Positions 44,749-55,100 of a stretch of 64,000 nt of DNA are shown one piece after another. How positions within the stretch are numbered: position 1 is the stretch's first letter; each line of letters starts with the position of its first letter. The translations under genes and the position numbers were made by a program. The notes beneath the pieces were generated by a model, which was not told the origin of the DNA, did not search any database, and worked only from the letters and a program-made list of their open reading frames with translations. Source of the stretch: an uncultured bacterium (GTDB lineage Bacteria > Babelota > Babeliae > Babelales > RVW-14); the NCBI GenBank assembly GCA_903825355.1, contig CAIKAH010000021.1:9273-73272 (forward strand). Direction: 5' to 3'.

Positions 44749-44931
44749 ATGAATAAATTAGTTTCCTTTTTCGTCGAAGTAAAAACAGAGCTTACCAAGG
44801 TTAGTTGGCCAAGTCGTGAAGAGCTAGTTGGTTCAACAGTGATAGTTTGTATCTTGGTGGCAGTTTTTGCGGTAATTTTGAGCGGCATGGATGCCGGATT
44901 CAGTGCTTTTATAAAGAGCCTGGGTCAGTAA
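44749..44931 (+). CDS. secE: preprotein translocase subunit SecE
   Basis: ORF 44728..44931; ATG at 44749 gives 60 aa: MNKLVSFFVEVKTELTKVSWPSREELVGSTVIVCILVAVFAVIL (single TM). Synteny with nusG. Confidence 0.9.
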   Translation: MNKLVSFFVEVKTELTKVSWPSREELVGSTVIVCILVAVFAVILSGMDAGFSAFIKSLGQ

Positions 44932-44963
44932 ATTGATCTTAAAATAGATAATGTGGTTGCACA

Positions 44964-45485
44964 ATGAAACGTTGGTACGTGTTACAAGTTTATACAGGTT
45001 TTGAAGATATCGTTAAGACCGATATTGAAAAACGGGCACAAGAAGAAAACTTACAAGATTTACTTGGGCAAGTGTTGATTCCAGCGGGTGAAATGACCTC
45101 CCTTTTTTCTGTTGAAAGCAAAAATAAAAAAGAGAAGATTTTCCCTGGGTATTTGCTTGTGCAGATGGATATGAGTGGTGACATGTATCGCATGGTTGCT
45201 TCTACACCGCGCGTAACACGTTTTCTTGGCGGCGAAAATCCTGTACCGCTTTCTGAAAAAGAAGTTGACCGTATCTTTGCTCAGATATCTGGCAAGTTGG
45301 TTGTTCCACATGAAAAAACAGCCTTTGTTCTTGGTAGCGAAGTTCACATTGCTAGCGGACCATTCTCCGGGTTTGTTGGTGTTATTGATAAAGTTGATGA
45401 TGAGCGAGAAAAAGTTACTGTTATGGTAAGTATTTTTGGTCGGCATACACCGGTTGAATTGGGTTTTGATCAAGTTAAAAAGTAA
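44964..45485 (+). CDS. nusG: transcription termination/antitermination factor NusG
   Basis: 173 aa. WYVLQVYTGFE NGN start, FPGYLLV, and C-terminal KOW (G.FSGFVGVIDKVDDEREKVTVMVSIFGR.TPVEL). Confidence 0.95.
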   Translation: MKRWYVLQVYTGFEDIVKTDIEKRAQEENLQDLLGQVLIPAGEMTSLFSVESKNKKEKIFPGYLLVQMDMSGDMYRMVASTPRVTRFLGGENPVPLSEKEVDRIFAQISGKLVVPHEKTAFVLGSEVHIASGPFSGFVGVIDKVDDEREKVTVMVSIFGRHTPVELGFDQVKK

Positions 45486-45513
45486 TTGTTAATGTCTTAA
45501 AGGTAGGCAGACC

Positions 45514-45939
45514 ATGTCAAAGAAAATAAAAGCAAAAGTTAAACTTCAGTTACAAGGCAGTGCAGCTAATCCAGCCCCACCAGTTGGTTCTATGCTTGGT
45601 CAACATCAAGTAAATTTGATGGATTTTTGCAAGAAATTTAATGCTGCAACAGCTAGTCGTAAGGGCGAAACGGTGCCAGTTTTGGTAACTGTTTATTCGG
45701 ATAAATCATTTGATTTTGTCCTTAAAACGCCTCCAGTGTCTGAGCTAATCCGGAAAAAAGCTAATGTTCAAAAGGGTTCAAAAACCCCAGGCAAAGTCTC
45801 TGCCGGTAATGTTTCATGGAAGGTTATCGAAGAGATTGCAAAAATCAAGATGCCTGATTTGAATGCAATCGATCTTGACGGAGCTAAAAAAATTGTCGCA
45901 GGAAGTGCTCGTAGCATGGGCCTGTCCGTTATTGATTAA
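45514..45939 (+). CDS. rplK: 50S ribosomal protein L11
   Basis: 141 aa. KLQLQGSAANPAPPVGSMLGQHQVNLMDFCKKFN, DKSFDFVLKTPP. Confidence 0.97.
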   Translation: MSKKIKAKVKLQLQGSAANPAPPVGSMLGQHQVNLMDFCKKFNAATASRKGETVPVLVTVYSDKSFDFVLKTPPVSELIRKKANVQKGSKTPGKVSAGNVSWKVIEEIAKIKMPDLNAIDLDGAKKIVAGSARSMGLSVID

Positions 45940-45971
45940 TGTTTCTACTACCACGTTGAACTGGAAGTGCT

Positions 45972-46670
45972 ATGAGTAAGCAAGGTAAAAAATATACAAA
46001 AATTAGAGAAAAATTGGCAACTGCCAATATCACTAACTGGAAAAGCGCTCTTGAATTTGTGTGCAAAAACAAGCCGGCGAAGTTTGATGAATCTGTTGAT
46101 GTTGACGTAGTGCTTGGCATTGACGCAGCAAAGGGTGAGCAAACTGTTCGTGGCTCTGTTCTGCTGCCACATGGGACTGGTAAAAAAATGCGTGTTGTTG
46201 TATTTGCCAAAGGCGAGTACGAGGAACAAGCTAAAAAAGCTGGTGCTGATCATGTTGGGGTTGAAGAGCTTATTGAAAAGATTGAAGGCGGTTGGGCTGA
46301 TTTTGATGCTGCGGTTGCTACCCCAGACTTGATGGGTGCTGTAGGCCGTGTTGCTAAATTTCTTGGGCCTCGTGGTCTTTTGCCAAATAAAAAAGTTGGC
46401 ACCGTTACTTTTGATGTAGCAGGCATTGTTTCTGATCTTAAAAAAGGTCGAGTTTCATTTAGAAACGATAAGACAGGTGTTTTGCATGCACCATTTGGTA
46501 AGGTTTCTTTTGGTTCAGATAAATTGATTGAAAATTTGTCTTCTCTTGTAAAAGCAGTTAAATCAAGTAAGCCAGCTACGTCTAAGGGCAAGTTTATTAG
46601 AAAGATAACCATTTCGTCCACAATGGGTGTTGGTGTTTCTATCAATCCTGATGAAGTTGTAGCAGAATAG
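45972..46670 (+). CDS. rplA: 50S ribosomal protein L1
   Basis: 232 aa. FDESVDVDVVLGIDAAKGEQTVRGSVLLPHGTGK, GPRGLLPNKKVGTVT, GRVSFRNDKTGVLHAPFGKVSF. Confidence 0.97.
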   Translation: MSKQGKKYTKIREKLATANITNWKSALEFVCKNKPAKFDESVDVDVVLGIDAAKGEQTVRGSVLLPHGTGKKMRVVVFAKGEYEEQAKKAGADHVGVEELIEKIEGGWADFDAAVATPDLMGAVGRVAKFLGPRGLLPNKKVGTVTFDVAGIVSDLKKGRVSFRNDKTGVLHAPFGKVSFGSDKLIENLSSLVKAVKSSKPATSKGKFIRKITISSTMGVGVSINPDEVVAE

Positions 46671-46688
46671 TCGGGACGGGATTTTATA

Positions 46689-47213
46689 ATGAATAAACAA
46701 ACAAAAATTGCACTTGTAGCTGATTTAAAAGGTTTAATGAGTACGGCTCAAGCTACTTTTTTGATCAACTATAAAGGTCTTGATGTAGCAGCATTACAAG
46801 GCTTGCGCAAGGAAGTGCGCAACGGTGGCGGTTCGATTAAAGTCACCAAGGCTTCATTAATGCGTATAGCTGCTCAAGATATTCCTGGCTCAGATAGTTT
46901 TGCAGAAAACTTTAAAGAACAGGTCGGGCTTGTTTTCGCTAATAATGACGTGTCAGCTGTTGCAAAACAGTTGGTTAATTTTTCTAAGACTCATGCAACA
47001 CTTAAAGTGGTTGCTGGTTTTTATGAAGCACGCTTATTGAGTTCAGCAGAATTACAGTTTCTTGCTACGTTGCCTACCAAGGATGTTCTTGTTGGTCAAC
47101 TTGCAGCTACACTTCAAGCGCCAATTAGTGGTTTTGCGCGTGTGCTTCATGCGCATATTGCAAAACTTGCTTACGTGCTTAAAGCTGTGGAAGAAAAACA
47201 GCAAAACTCGTAG
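46689..47213 (+). CDS. rplJ: 50S ribosomal protein L10
   Basis: 174 aa. Position between rplA and rplL. L10-like N-terminus (K..IVADLKGL....QATFLINYKGLDVAALQGLRKEVR). Confidence 0.93.
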   Translation: MNKQTKIALVADLKGLMSTAQATFLINYKGLDVAALQGLRKEVRNGGGSIKVTKASLMRIAAQDIPGSDSFAENFKEQVGLVFANNDVSAVAKQLVNFSKTHATLKVVAGFYEARLLSSAELQFLATLPTKDVLVGQLAATLQAPISGFARVLHAHIAKLAYVLKAVEEKQQNS

Positions 47214-47342
47214 TAAAGTAGCATATTTTATGATACAGTGTGCGTGGTCTTTCCAAAAAAGTTTGGGATTTGATGCAGAGATTGCGTGCATTATTTAGTT
47301 AAACGGTATATAGCGGTTGTAGGTTTTTAAGGAGTCTGTCCT

Positions 47343-47720
47343 ATGTCATCAAGAATTGAAATACTTGACGCAATTAAGAAAATGAATGTAATGGAGCTTG
47401 CTGAGCTTATTAAAGATATCGAAACAGAATTCGGTGTCTCAGCGGCTGCTCCTGTTGCTGCTGTAGCAGCTATGCCTGCTGCTGGTGCAGCGGCACCTGC
47501 TGAAGAAAAGCTTGAGTATAAAGTTACACTCAAAGACGCTGGTGCGAACAAGATTAACGTTATCAAGGCTCTTCGTTCAGTAACTACTCTTTCTCTTGGC
47601 GATGCTAAAAATGGTGCAGAAAATGTTCCATTTGTTATTGCAGAAGCAGCATCTAAGGATGACGCTCACAAGATTAAAAAGGCACTTGAAGAAGTCGGCG
47701 CAAAAGTTGAGCTTTCTTAA
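47343..47720 (+). CDS. rplL: 50S ribosomal protein L7/L12
   Basis: 125 aa. ILDAIKKMNVMELAELIKDIETEFGVSAAAP, Ala-rich hinge, KINVIKALRSVTTLSLGDAK, C-terminus KIKKALEEVGAKVEL. Confidence 0.97.
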   Translation: MSSRIEILDAIKKMNVMELAELIKDIETEFGVSAAAPVAAVAAMPAAGAAAPAEEKLEYKVTLKDAGANKINVIKALRSVTTLSLGDAKNGAENVPFVIAEAASKDDAHKIKKALEEVGAKVELS

Positions 47721-47766
47721 TTTTGCATCTTTTTAAAATTAGTGACTGATGTCACAAATTTTTTAC

Positions 47767-47808
47767 GGATACCGCTCTAATGGCTATTGGAGCGGTATCC
47801 ATTTTGTT
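47767..47808 (+). terminator. rplL-rpoB intergenic hairpin (attenuator-type terminator)
   Basis: 11-bp stem GGATACCGCTC / GAGCGGTATCC followed by ATTTTGTTTC. Same position as the known partial terminator in the E. coli rplJL-rpoBC operon. Confidence 0.7.
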
Positions 47809-47854
47809 TCTTAAAAAATAAATATCAATGCGTTTTGGCTACAGGAGCGGTTGA

Positions 47855-50800
47855 ATGTCTGGATTTGGTAGAGGTAAGGGTATCTTAAGGAAATCGTTTG
47901 GCAAAATTAAAGAGGTTGTTTCGCTACCTAATCTGATTGAAGTACAATCAAAGTCATTCAATGATTTTGTACAACTTGACTGTATTCCATCAGAGCGAAA
48001 ACATATCGGACTTGAAAAAGTTTTGCGTGATACATTTCCCGTCGAGCAAAATGAGCGTATTTCGCTAGAATATGTAAGCTACGAACTAGGAGATTGGGCT
48101 TGTATCTGCGGTCAAGTCACCGGCATTATCAATCGTTATAAATGGACATGTACAGCATGTAAAAAGAGCGGTACTAATAAGCTAGCTGGAAGCAAGACTT
48201 GTCCATCATGTAAAAAAGATACTGCACAGTATGCTCATTGCAAAAAATGCTTCTCTCGTGTGTCGATCAAAGTTCCTGCTATTGTTGACGAGTGTCGTTA
48301 TAGTGGTAAAACATTTTCTTTACCGCTTAAAGTAAAGATGCAGTTGATTAGTTGGGATATAGATCAAAACACCAATCAAAAAATTATTCGTGATATTAAA
48401 GAGCAAGATGTGTTTTTCTGCGATCTTCCAGTGATGGTAGATCTTTATGAAGATCATGATGGAGTGTATCATCTTGGCAGCCAAGGCACATTCCTTATTA
48501 ATGGGGTTGATCGTGTAGTGGTAAGCCAGATCCACCGGGCTCCAGGCGTAATGTTTACCCTTAGTAAAAAATCTAAAGACTATCGTGGGCAGCCATATCA
48601 TGTTGCTCGTCTTATTCCAAGTCGTGGATCATGGCTTGATTTCGAGTTTGACCATAATGATTTAGTTTATGTACGCATTGATAAAAAGAAAAAGATTTTA
48701 GCTACCACCTTCTTGCAGGCAATTGGTATTGAGAAGAATAAGATTCTTTCAACTTTCTATAACTTCGATACTATCGAAGTTAGAAATGGCAACTTTTATC
48801 GTAAGCTTGATAGTGCCCTTATAGGGCAACGTCTTGAGGCTGGAGCTTTACCAAAAGAATTTGAAGGTAAATTTGCAGTTGGACAGCGTCTCACTAAGAC
48901 TCAGATTGAAAAGTTGCAAAAAGAAGGTCTTGACCGGTTGATAGTTCGTAAAAATAGTTTGATGAGCCGTATCATAGCGCAAGATGTTATTGCGCCTAAA
49001 ACAGGCGAAGTTATTGCTGCTTTGGGTACCGAACTTACCGAAGAACTTATTGAGATCATCGCTTCGGTGGGTACTATTTCACTTAAAATTATCCAGTCTT
49101 CTGGTTATGTGATCCAGCCGACTTTAGCACTTACGTTTGCTCAAGACCAGACAAACTCTCCTGAAGAAGCGCTGAAGGAAGTCTATACAAAGCTGAAACC
49201 TGGAGACATTCCTTCAGTAAAAGTTATGGAAGAGTATGTTGCTAATTTATTCTACAATCCGCGCTTTTATGATTTAACCGTCGTGGGTCGTATTCGTACT
49301 AACCGTAAGCTTGGACTGGAGATTGATGAAAGCATTACTTGCTTAACAAAAGAAGATATTATTGCAACCTTCAAATACTTGATTGGGCTTAAAGAGCGCG
49401 GTGAAGGGGAGTTGGATGATATTGACCATTTAGGTAATCGCTGTGTTCGTCTCGTAGGCGAATTGTTACAAAGTCAACTATATATTGGGTTTGCGCGTAT
49501 TGAGCGAATTGTTAAAGAACGGTTTAGGTTGCAAGAGAACTATGCATCATTAATGCCGTATGATTTCTTGAATGTAAAACCTTTGGCTGCAGTATTACGT
49601 GAGTTTTTTGGTACGGGGCAACTTTCCCAGTTTATGGACCAAACTAACCCTCTTGCCGAAATGGCACACAAGAGAAGACTATCTGCTCTTGGGCCCGGCG
49701 GTATTACACGTGAACGTGCCACGTTTGAAGTTCGTGACGTGCATACTTCTCACTACGGACGCATATGTCCAATTGAGACTCCGGAAGGTCAAAACATTGG
49801 ATTGATTTCTTCGCTCTCAACCTATGCTCGAGCAAATGCTCTTGGATTTATTGAAACTCCGTATCGCCCAGTTAAAGATGGCGTGGTTGCTGATAGTGTT
49901 CAATATATGGATGCATTTCAAGAAATTGGTGAACGTATTGCTCAAGCAAGCATTAAGGTTTCTCCTACAAATAAAATTGAAAATGATCGTGTTCTTGTAA
50001 GAAAAGATGGTGATTATATTTTAGAATCGCCAGAAAACATTTCTTATGTAGATGCTTCACCAAAGCAAATTTTCTCTGTACCAACAGCACTAATTCCATT
50101 CCTAGAGCATGACGATGCAAACCGTGCGCTTATGGGATCTAACATGCAACGGCAAGCTGTTCCTCTTATCAATTGCCAAGCTCCACTTGTTGGTACTGGT
50201 ATTGAATGTGAGCTAGGCTCTCTTGAAGGCGCTGTTGTTAATGCTCGTACGGAAGGGGTTGTTGAATACGTTTCTTCTGAAAAAATCATTGTACGCTTAC
50301 ACCCTGATGTAATAGGTGAAGCAGAATGGCTTTCCCGTCCGATTGACATTTATTATCTAAAGAAATTTGCTCGGTCCAGCCATAATACTTGGATTCACTT
50401 TAATCCTATCGTAGAAGTTGGCGATATTGTTAAAAAGGGTGACATTATCGCAACTGGTGCAGCAACGCAAAATGGTGAGCTAGCTCTTGGTAGTAACGTG
50501 TTAGTGGCATTCATGCCATGGCAAGGTTATAACTATGAAGACGCTATTGTTGTTAGTAAGCGTCTTGTCGGAGATGAAGTCTTTTCATCAGTGCACGTTG
50601 AAGAGTTTATTGTTGAGGCTCGTGAAACAAAGTTAGGTGCTGAAGAAATTACGCGTGATATTCCAAATGTGCCTGAGAAAGATCTGGCAGCTCTTGATGA
50701 GGATGGTATTGTTAAGATTGGTACTCGCATCAAGCCTGGTGATATTCTCGTTGGTAAAGTAACGCTCAAAGGAGATGTGCAAGTATCCCCTGAAGAAAAG

Positions 50801-52186
50801 TTGTTACGGGCTATTTTTGGTGAAAAGTCTCGTGAAGTACGTGATACTTCATTGCGAGTGCCGCCAGGAGTAGATGCTACCGTTGTTGATGTTAAAGTAT
50901 TTTCTCGCAGCGGGATTCGCAAGGATAAACGCTATAAAGAGATTGTCGTAAAAGAAACGCAAAAAATAGAAGAAAATTTTGCTTATCATTTACATATTCT
51001 TGAAAAAGGCATCAAGGCTAATGTTGTTTCACTTCTTACTGGAAAAACTAGCAAATCTACTACAGTTAAAGAATTGCTAGTTAAAGGTGTTTTTACAGAG
51101 GAACGCTTAGAGTTGGTGGAACTTGATCGCTTATTGACTATTACTACTGGCGACAAAGAAGTTGATAACAAAATTAAGACTTATAGCGATATCTTAACCA
51201 ATCAAATTCACGTATTGACTGCACTCAAAGAAGATCGTATTAATCAACTTCGTAAAGGTGATGATTTGCCTTCTGGTGTGATTAAGATGATTAAGGTATA
51301 CGTTGCTACTAAGCGTCGTCTATCTGTCGGGGATAAGATGGCAGGCCGCCATGGAAACAAAGGTGTGGTTTCGCGTATTGTGAACGTAGAAGATATGCCA
51401 TACATGGCTGATGGTACTTCAGTTGATATTGTTCTTAATCCGCTTGGTGTACCTGGTCGTATGAACGTAGGGCAGATTCTTGAAACAATGTTGGGAATGG
51501 CTGGCAAGGTAGCCGCAGATAAATTTGCTACACAATTAGCAGACATGTCCCATCAGGAAGTTAAGACAAAATTGTCTCACTATTACGGTACCGAAATTAT
51601 TAATGACATTGAAAAACAGTATGGTAAAGAAGAGATACTTAATCTTGCTCGTAAAACAGTTGCTCAAGGAGTAGCATTTAAAACACCAGTATTTGATGGT
51701 GCTGATTATGAAAAAGAGATACAGCCTTTCCTTACTGAACAAGGTTTGCCTGCTAATGGAACATACCCATTATTTGATGGTCGTACTGGTGAGTTATTTG
51801 ATCAACCAGTGACTGTTGGTTATATCTACATAATGAAGCTTAATCACTTGGCAGATGATAAACTCCATGCTCGTTCTGTTGGTCCCTACTCGCTTATTAC
51901 GCAGCAACCGTTGGGTGGTAAAGCACAATTTGGTGGGCAACGTCTGGGAGAAATGGAAGTATGGGCCCTTTATGCATATGGCGCAGCACATACTTTACAA
52001 GAAATGCTTACTATTAAGTCAGATGATGTTAATGGGCGTATTAAGGCCTATGAGGCGATTGTACGTGGTGAAGAGGTGCCAGAAGCTGGTATTCCAGAGT
52101 CCTTCAACGTATTAGTAAAAGAGCTACAGAGCTTAGGGTTACAAGTGGATTTGTTCAAGACAAGTAAGGAGCACGTTGGTGAATAA
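47855..52186 (+). CDS. rpoB: DNA-directed RNA polymerase beta subunit with N-terminal Cys-rich insertion
   Basis: 1443 aa. Canonical blocks present (INGVDRVVVSQIHRAPGV, GSWLDFEFD, RLSALGPGGITRERA.FEVRDVH.SHYGRICPIETPEGQNIGLI, NMQRQAVPL, GYNYEDAI, GDKMAGRHGNKGVVS, GGKAQFGGQRLGEMEVWAL). An extra ~63 aa with 8 Cys lies at aa 81-143. Confidence 0.98.
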   Translation: MSGFGRGKGILRKSFGKIKEVVSLPNLIEVQSKSFNDFVQLDCIPSERKHIGLEKVLRDTFPVEQNERISLEYVSYELGDWACICGQVTGIINRYKWTCTACKKSGTNKLAGSKTCPSCKKDTAQYAHCKKCFSRVSIKVPAIVDECRYSGKTFSLPLKVKMQLISWDIDQNTNQKIIRDIKEQDVFFCDLPVMVDLYEDHDGVYHLGSQGTFLINGVDRVVVSQIHRAPGVMFTLSKKSKDYRGQPYHVARLIPSRGSWLDFEFDHNDLVYVRIDKKKKILATTFLQAIGIEKNKILSTFYNFDTIEVRNGNFYRKLDSALIGQRLEAGALPKEFEGKFAVGQRLTKTQIEKLQKEGLDRLIVRKNSLMSRIIAQDVIAPKTGEVIAALGTELTEELIEIIASVGTISLKIIQSSGYVIQPTLALTFAQDQTNSPEEALKEVYTKLKPGDIPSVKVMEEYVANLFYNPRFYDLTVVGRIRTNRKLGLEIDESITCLTKEDIIATFKYLIGLKERGEGELDDIDHLGNRCVRLVGELLQSQLYIGFARIERIVKERFRLQENYASLMPYDFLNVKPLAAVLREFFGTGQLSQFMDQTNPLAEMAHKRRLSALGPGGITRERATFEVRDVHTSHYGRICPIETPEGQNIGLISSLSTYARANALGFIETPYRPVKDGVVADSVQYMDAFQEIGERIAQASIKVSPTNKIENDRVLVRKDGDYILESPENISYVDASPKQIFSVPTALIPFLEHDDANRALMGSNMQRQAVPLINCQAPLVGTGIECELGSLEGAVVNARTEGVVEYVSSEKIIVRLHPDVIGEAEWLSRPIDIYYLKKFARSSHNTWIHFNPIVEVGDIVKKGDIIATGAATQNGELALGSNVLVAFMPWQGYNYEDAIVVSKRLVGDEVFSSVHVEEFIVEARETKLGAEEITRDIPNVPEKDLAALDEDGIVKIGTRIKPGDILVGKVTLKGDVQVSPEEKLLRAIFGEKSREVRDTSLRVPPGVDATVVDVKVFSRSGIRKDKRYKEIVVKETQKIEENFAYHLHILEKGIKANVVSLLTGKTSKSTTVKELLVKGVFTEERLELVELDRLLTITTGDKEVDNKIKTYSDILTNQIHVLTALKEDRINQLRKGDDLPSGVIKMIKVYVATKRRLSVGDKMAGRHGNKGVVSRIVNVEDMPYMADGTSVDIVLNPLGVPGRMNVGQILETMLGMAGKVAADKFATQLADMSHQEVKTKLSHYYGTEIINDIEKQYGKEEILNLARKTVAQGVAFKTPVFDGADYEKEIQPFLTEQGLPANGTYPLFDGRTGELFDQPVTVGYIYIMKLNHLADDKLHARSVGPYSLITQQPLGGKAQFGGQRLGEMEVWALYAYGAAHTLQEMLTIKSDDVNGRIKAYEAIVRGEEVPEAGIPESFNVLVKELQSLGLQVDLFKTSKEHVGE

Positions 52187-52190
52187 CAAG

Positions 52191-55100
52191 ATGCTTGAAA
52201 GATTTCGTGAGTATATTAGCGGAACTCAGTTTAATGCGTTTCGTCTTGGTATTGCTTCACCGGATAAAATCCGCTCGTTGTCTTATGGCGAAGTAAAAAA
52301 AATAGAAACAATAAACTACCGCACCCTTAAGCCTGAGCGCGACGGTCTATTTTGCGCACGCATTTTTGGTCCTGTTAAAGACTGGGAATGTAACTGTGGC
52401 AAGTATAAGCGTATGAAGCATCGTGGTGTTACGTGTGAAAAATGCGGTGTTGAAGTAATTCAAGCGCGTGTTCGTCGTGAGCGCATGGGGCATATTAATT
52501 TGGTTTCTTCGGTGTGCCATATTTGGTTCCTGAAGGGAATTCCAAGTTATTTAAGCTTGATTATGAATATGACTGTACGTGATCTTGAGCGAGTGATTTA
52601 CTTTGATAGTTATATTGTAATTCATCAAGGAAATTCTCCTTTTGCACAAAAGACTCTTATTTCGAGTCAAGAGTATGATAGCTACGTGCACGCTAATCCA
52701 GAAGATACTCTCTTTAAGGCTGGCATGGGCGCAGAAGCAATTCGCGTTTTATTAGGTTTAATAGATCTTGCCTTTGAAGTAAGAAAAATTGAAGAAGAAT
52801 ACACTCAAACAACATCGGTAGCTGTTAAGCATCGGATTGCTAAACGCTATAAAGTTCTTGCTGGCATGGCACAAGCTGGGATTCGTCCTGAATGGATTAT
52901 TCTCGATGTATTGCCGGTGTTGCCGCCCGATCTGCGACCATTGGTACCGCTTGAAGGAGGGCGTTTTGCTAGTTCCGATCTTAATGATCTTTATCGTCGT
53001 GTGCTTAACCGAAACATCCGTCTTAAGCGGTTGATCGAACTTGAAGCCCCTGATGTCATCATTAAAAATGAAAAGCGCATGCTTCAAGAGTCTGTTGATG
53101 CATTAATTGATAATGGACGTCGTGGACAGCCAGTACGTGGGACTAACAAGCGTCCATTGAAATCATTGAGTGAAATGCTTCGTGGTAAGCAGGGTCGTTT
53201 TCGTCAAAACTTGCTTGGTAAGCGTGTTGACTACTCAGGTCGTTCAGTCATTGTAGTGGATCCAGAATTGAAAATGAATCAATGTGGATTACCTAAGATG
53301 ATGGCCCTTGAATTGTTTAAGCCATATGTTTATGTAGAGCTGCAACAGCGTGAACTTGCGCCAAACCTTCGCGTAGCAAAACGCATGGTTGAGGATATGA
53401 CCCCAGAAGTTTGGGAAGCTCTTGAAGAGGTAGTACGCGGGCGGCCGGTGCTATTGAACCGTGCACCTACTTTGCACCGCTTGAGTATTCAGGCGTTCTT
53501 TCCTCTGTTGGTAGAAGGTAAAGCTATTAAAATTCATCCTTTGGTTTGCTCTGCTTTTAACGCAGACTTTGATGGTGACCAAATGGCTGTGCACGTGTTG
53601 CTTAGTAAGACAGCACGTACCGAAGCTATACGTTTAATGCTTTCTACTCGGAATATTTTGACGCCAGCAAATGGTCGTCCTCTATCAGTGCCATCACAAG
53701 ATATGGTACTAGGATTGTATTATTTGACTAAGGGGCGCAAAAATGTACAGGGCGAAGGATTAGTGTTTAGCAACATTGAAGAAGTAATGTATGCATATCA
53801 GCACAAGCAAGTTAATGCACAAGCCCCAATTAAACTTCGTTTAGCTGATGGAAAACTAGTAGATACCACTGTTGGTCGTGTCGTATTGTATGAATCACTT
53901 CCCTCTGGAAGCAATTTTAACTGGATTAATAAAGCAGTTAAGAAAAAAGATTTATCGAATATGGTTGGCAAGGTTTATAAAGCCTTTGGTGCTGACGCTA
54001 CTGTAGATGCATTAGATAAAATCAAAAAGCTTGGTTTTTCTTATGCAACTACCGGTGGTATATCATTGTCGATGGATAATTTAGTTATTCCAGCAACTAA
54101 GCAAGAAGTTATTCGTAAAGCAACTGCAGAAGTAAATAAAGCTGAACAACTTTATTTAGATGGGGCCATTACCAATGGTGAACGTTATAGTAAAGTTATT
54201 CAAATTTGGTTTCGTGCAACTGAAGAACTTACCAACGACATGGTGCATCTGCTTGAAAATGATGATCGAAAAATTGCAGCAAACCAGAGCAAAGATAATG
54301 AGCCGTTTAATCCTGTCTTTATGATGTTGGATTCTGGGGCGCGTGGATCTCGTCAGCAAATTCGTCAGCTTGCTGCTATGAGAGGTCTGATGTCCAATCC
54401 ATCAGGTGAGGTTATGGAAACGCCTGTTCTAGCAAACTTTAAAGAAGGGCTAAGTGTTTTTGAGTACTTTGTTTCTACGCACGGAGCTCGTAAGGGGCTT
54501 GCAGATACTGCATTGAAAACAGCAGACTCAGGATATTTAACTCGTCGCTTAGTTGACGTAGCACAGGATGTGGTAATTACTACTCTTAACTGTCAAACAT
54601 TTGGTTCTGTCACGATTATGGACTTGAAAGAGTATGGAGAGATTATTCAGCCGTTAGCAGACCGTGTGTACGGACGCATTACAGCTGAGCCTATAGTTGA
54701 TCCTGTTTCAGGGAAGGTAATAGCAGAGCGAGATGTTATTATTACTGATGTGCTTATTGACCAAATTCGTGATTCAGCAGTATCCGCTATTGCAGTACGC
54801 TCTGTGTTAACCTGTCAGGCTAAGCGTGGGGTATGTGCTCAATGCTATGGCATGGATTTATCTACCTTGTCATTGGTTGATATAGGAACAGCTGTTGGTG
54901 TTATTGCTGCACAATCTATTGGTGAACCTGGAACTCAGCTTACTATGAGAACCTTCCACGTAGGGGGTACTGCAAGTGGTTTGGGTGAAGCAAGTACGTT
55001 TAAATCACGGTTTAGTGGTAAGGTTTCTTTCCGTAATGTTCATACAGTCAAGAATCGTTTGGGTGAAACGGTTATTATGAATCGTAAATCTAAGATTGTG

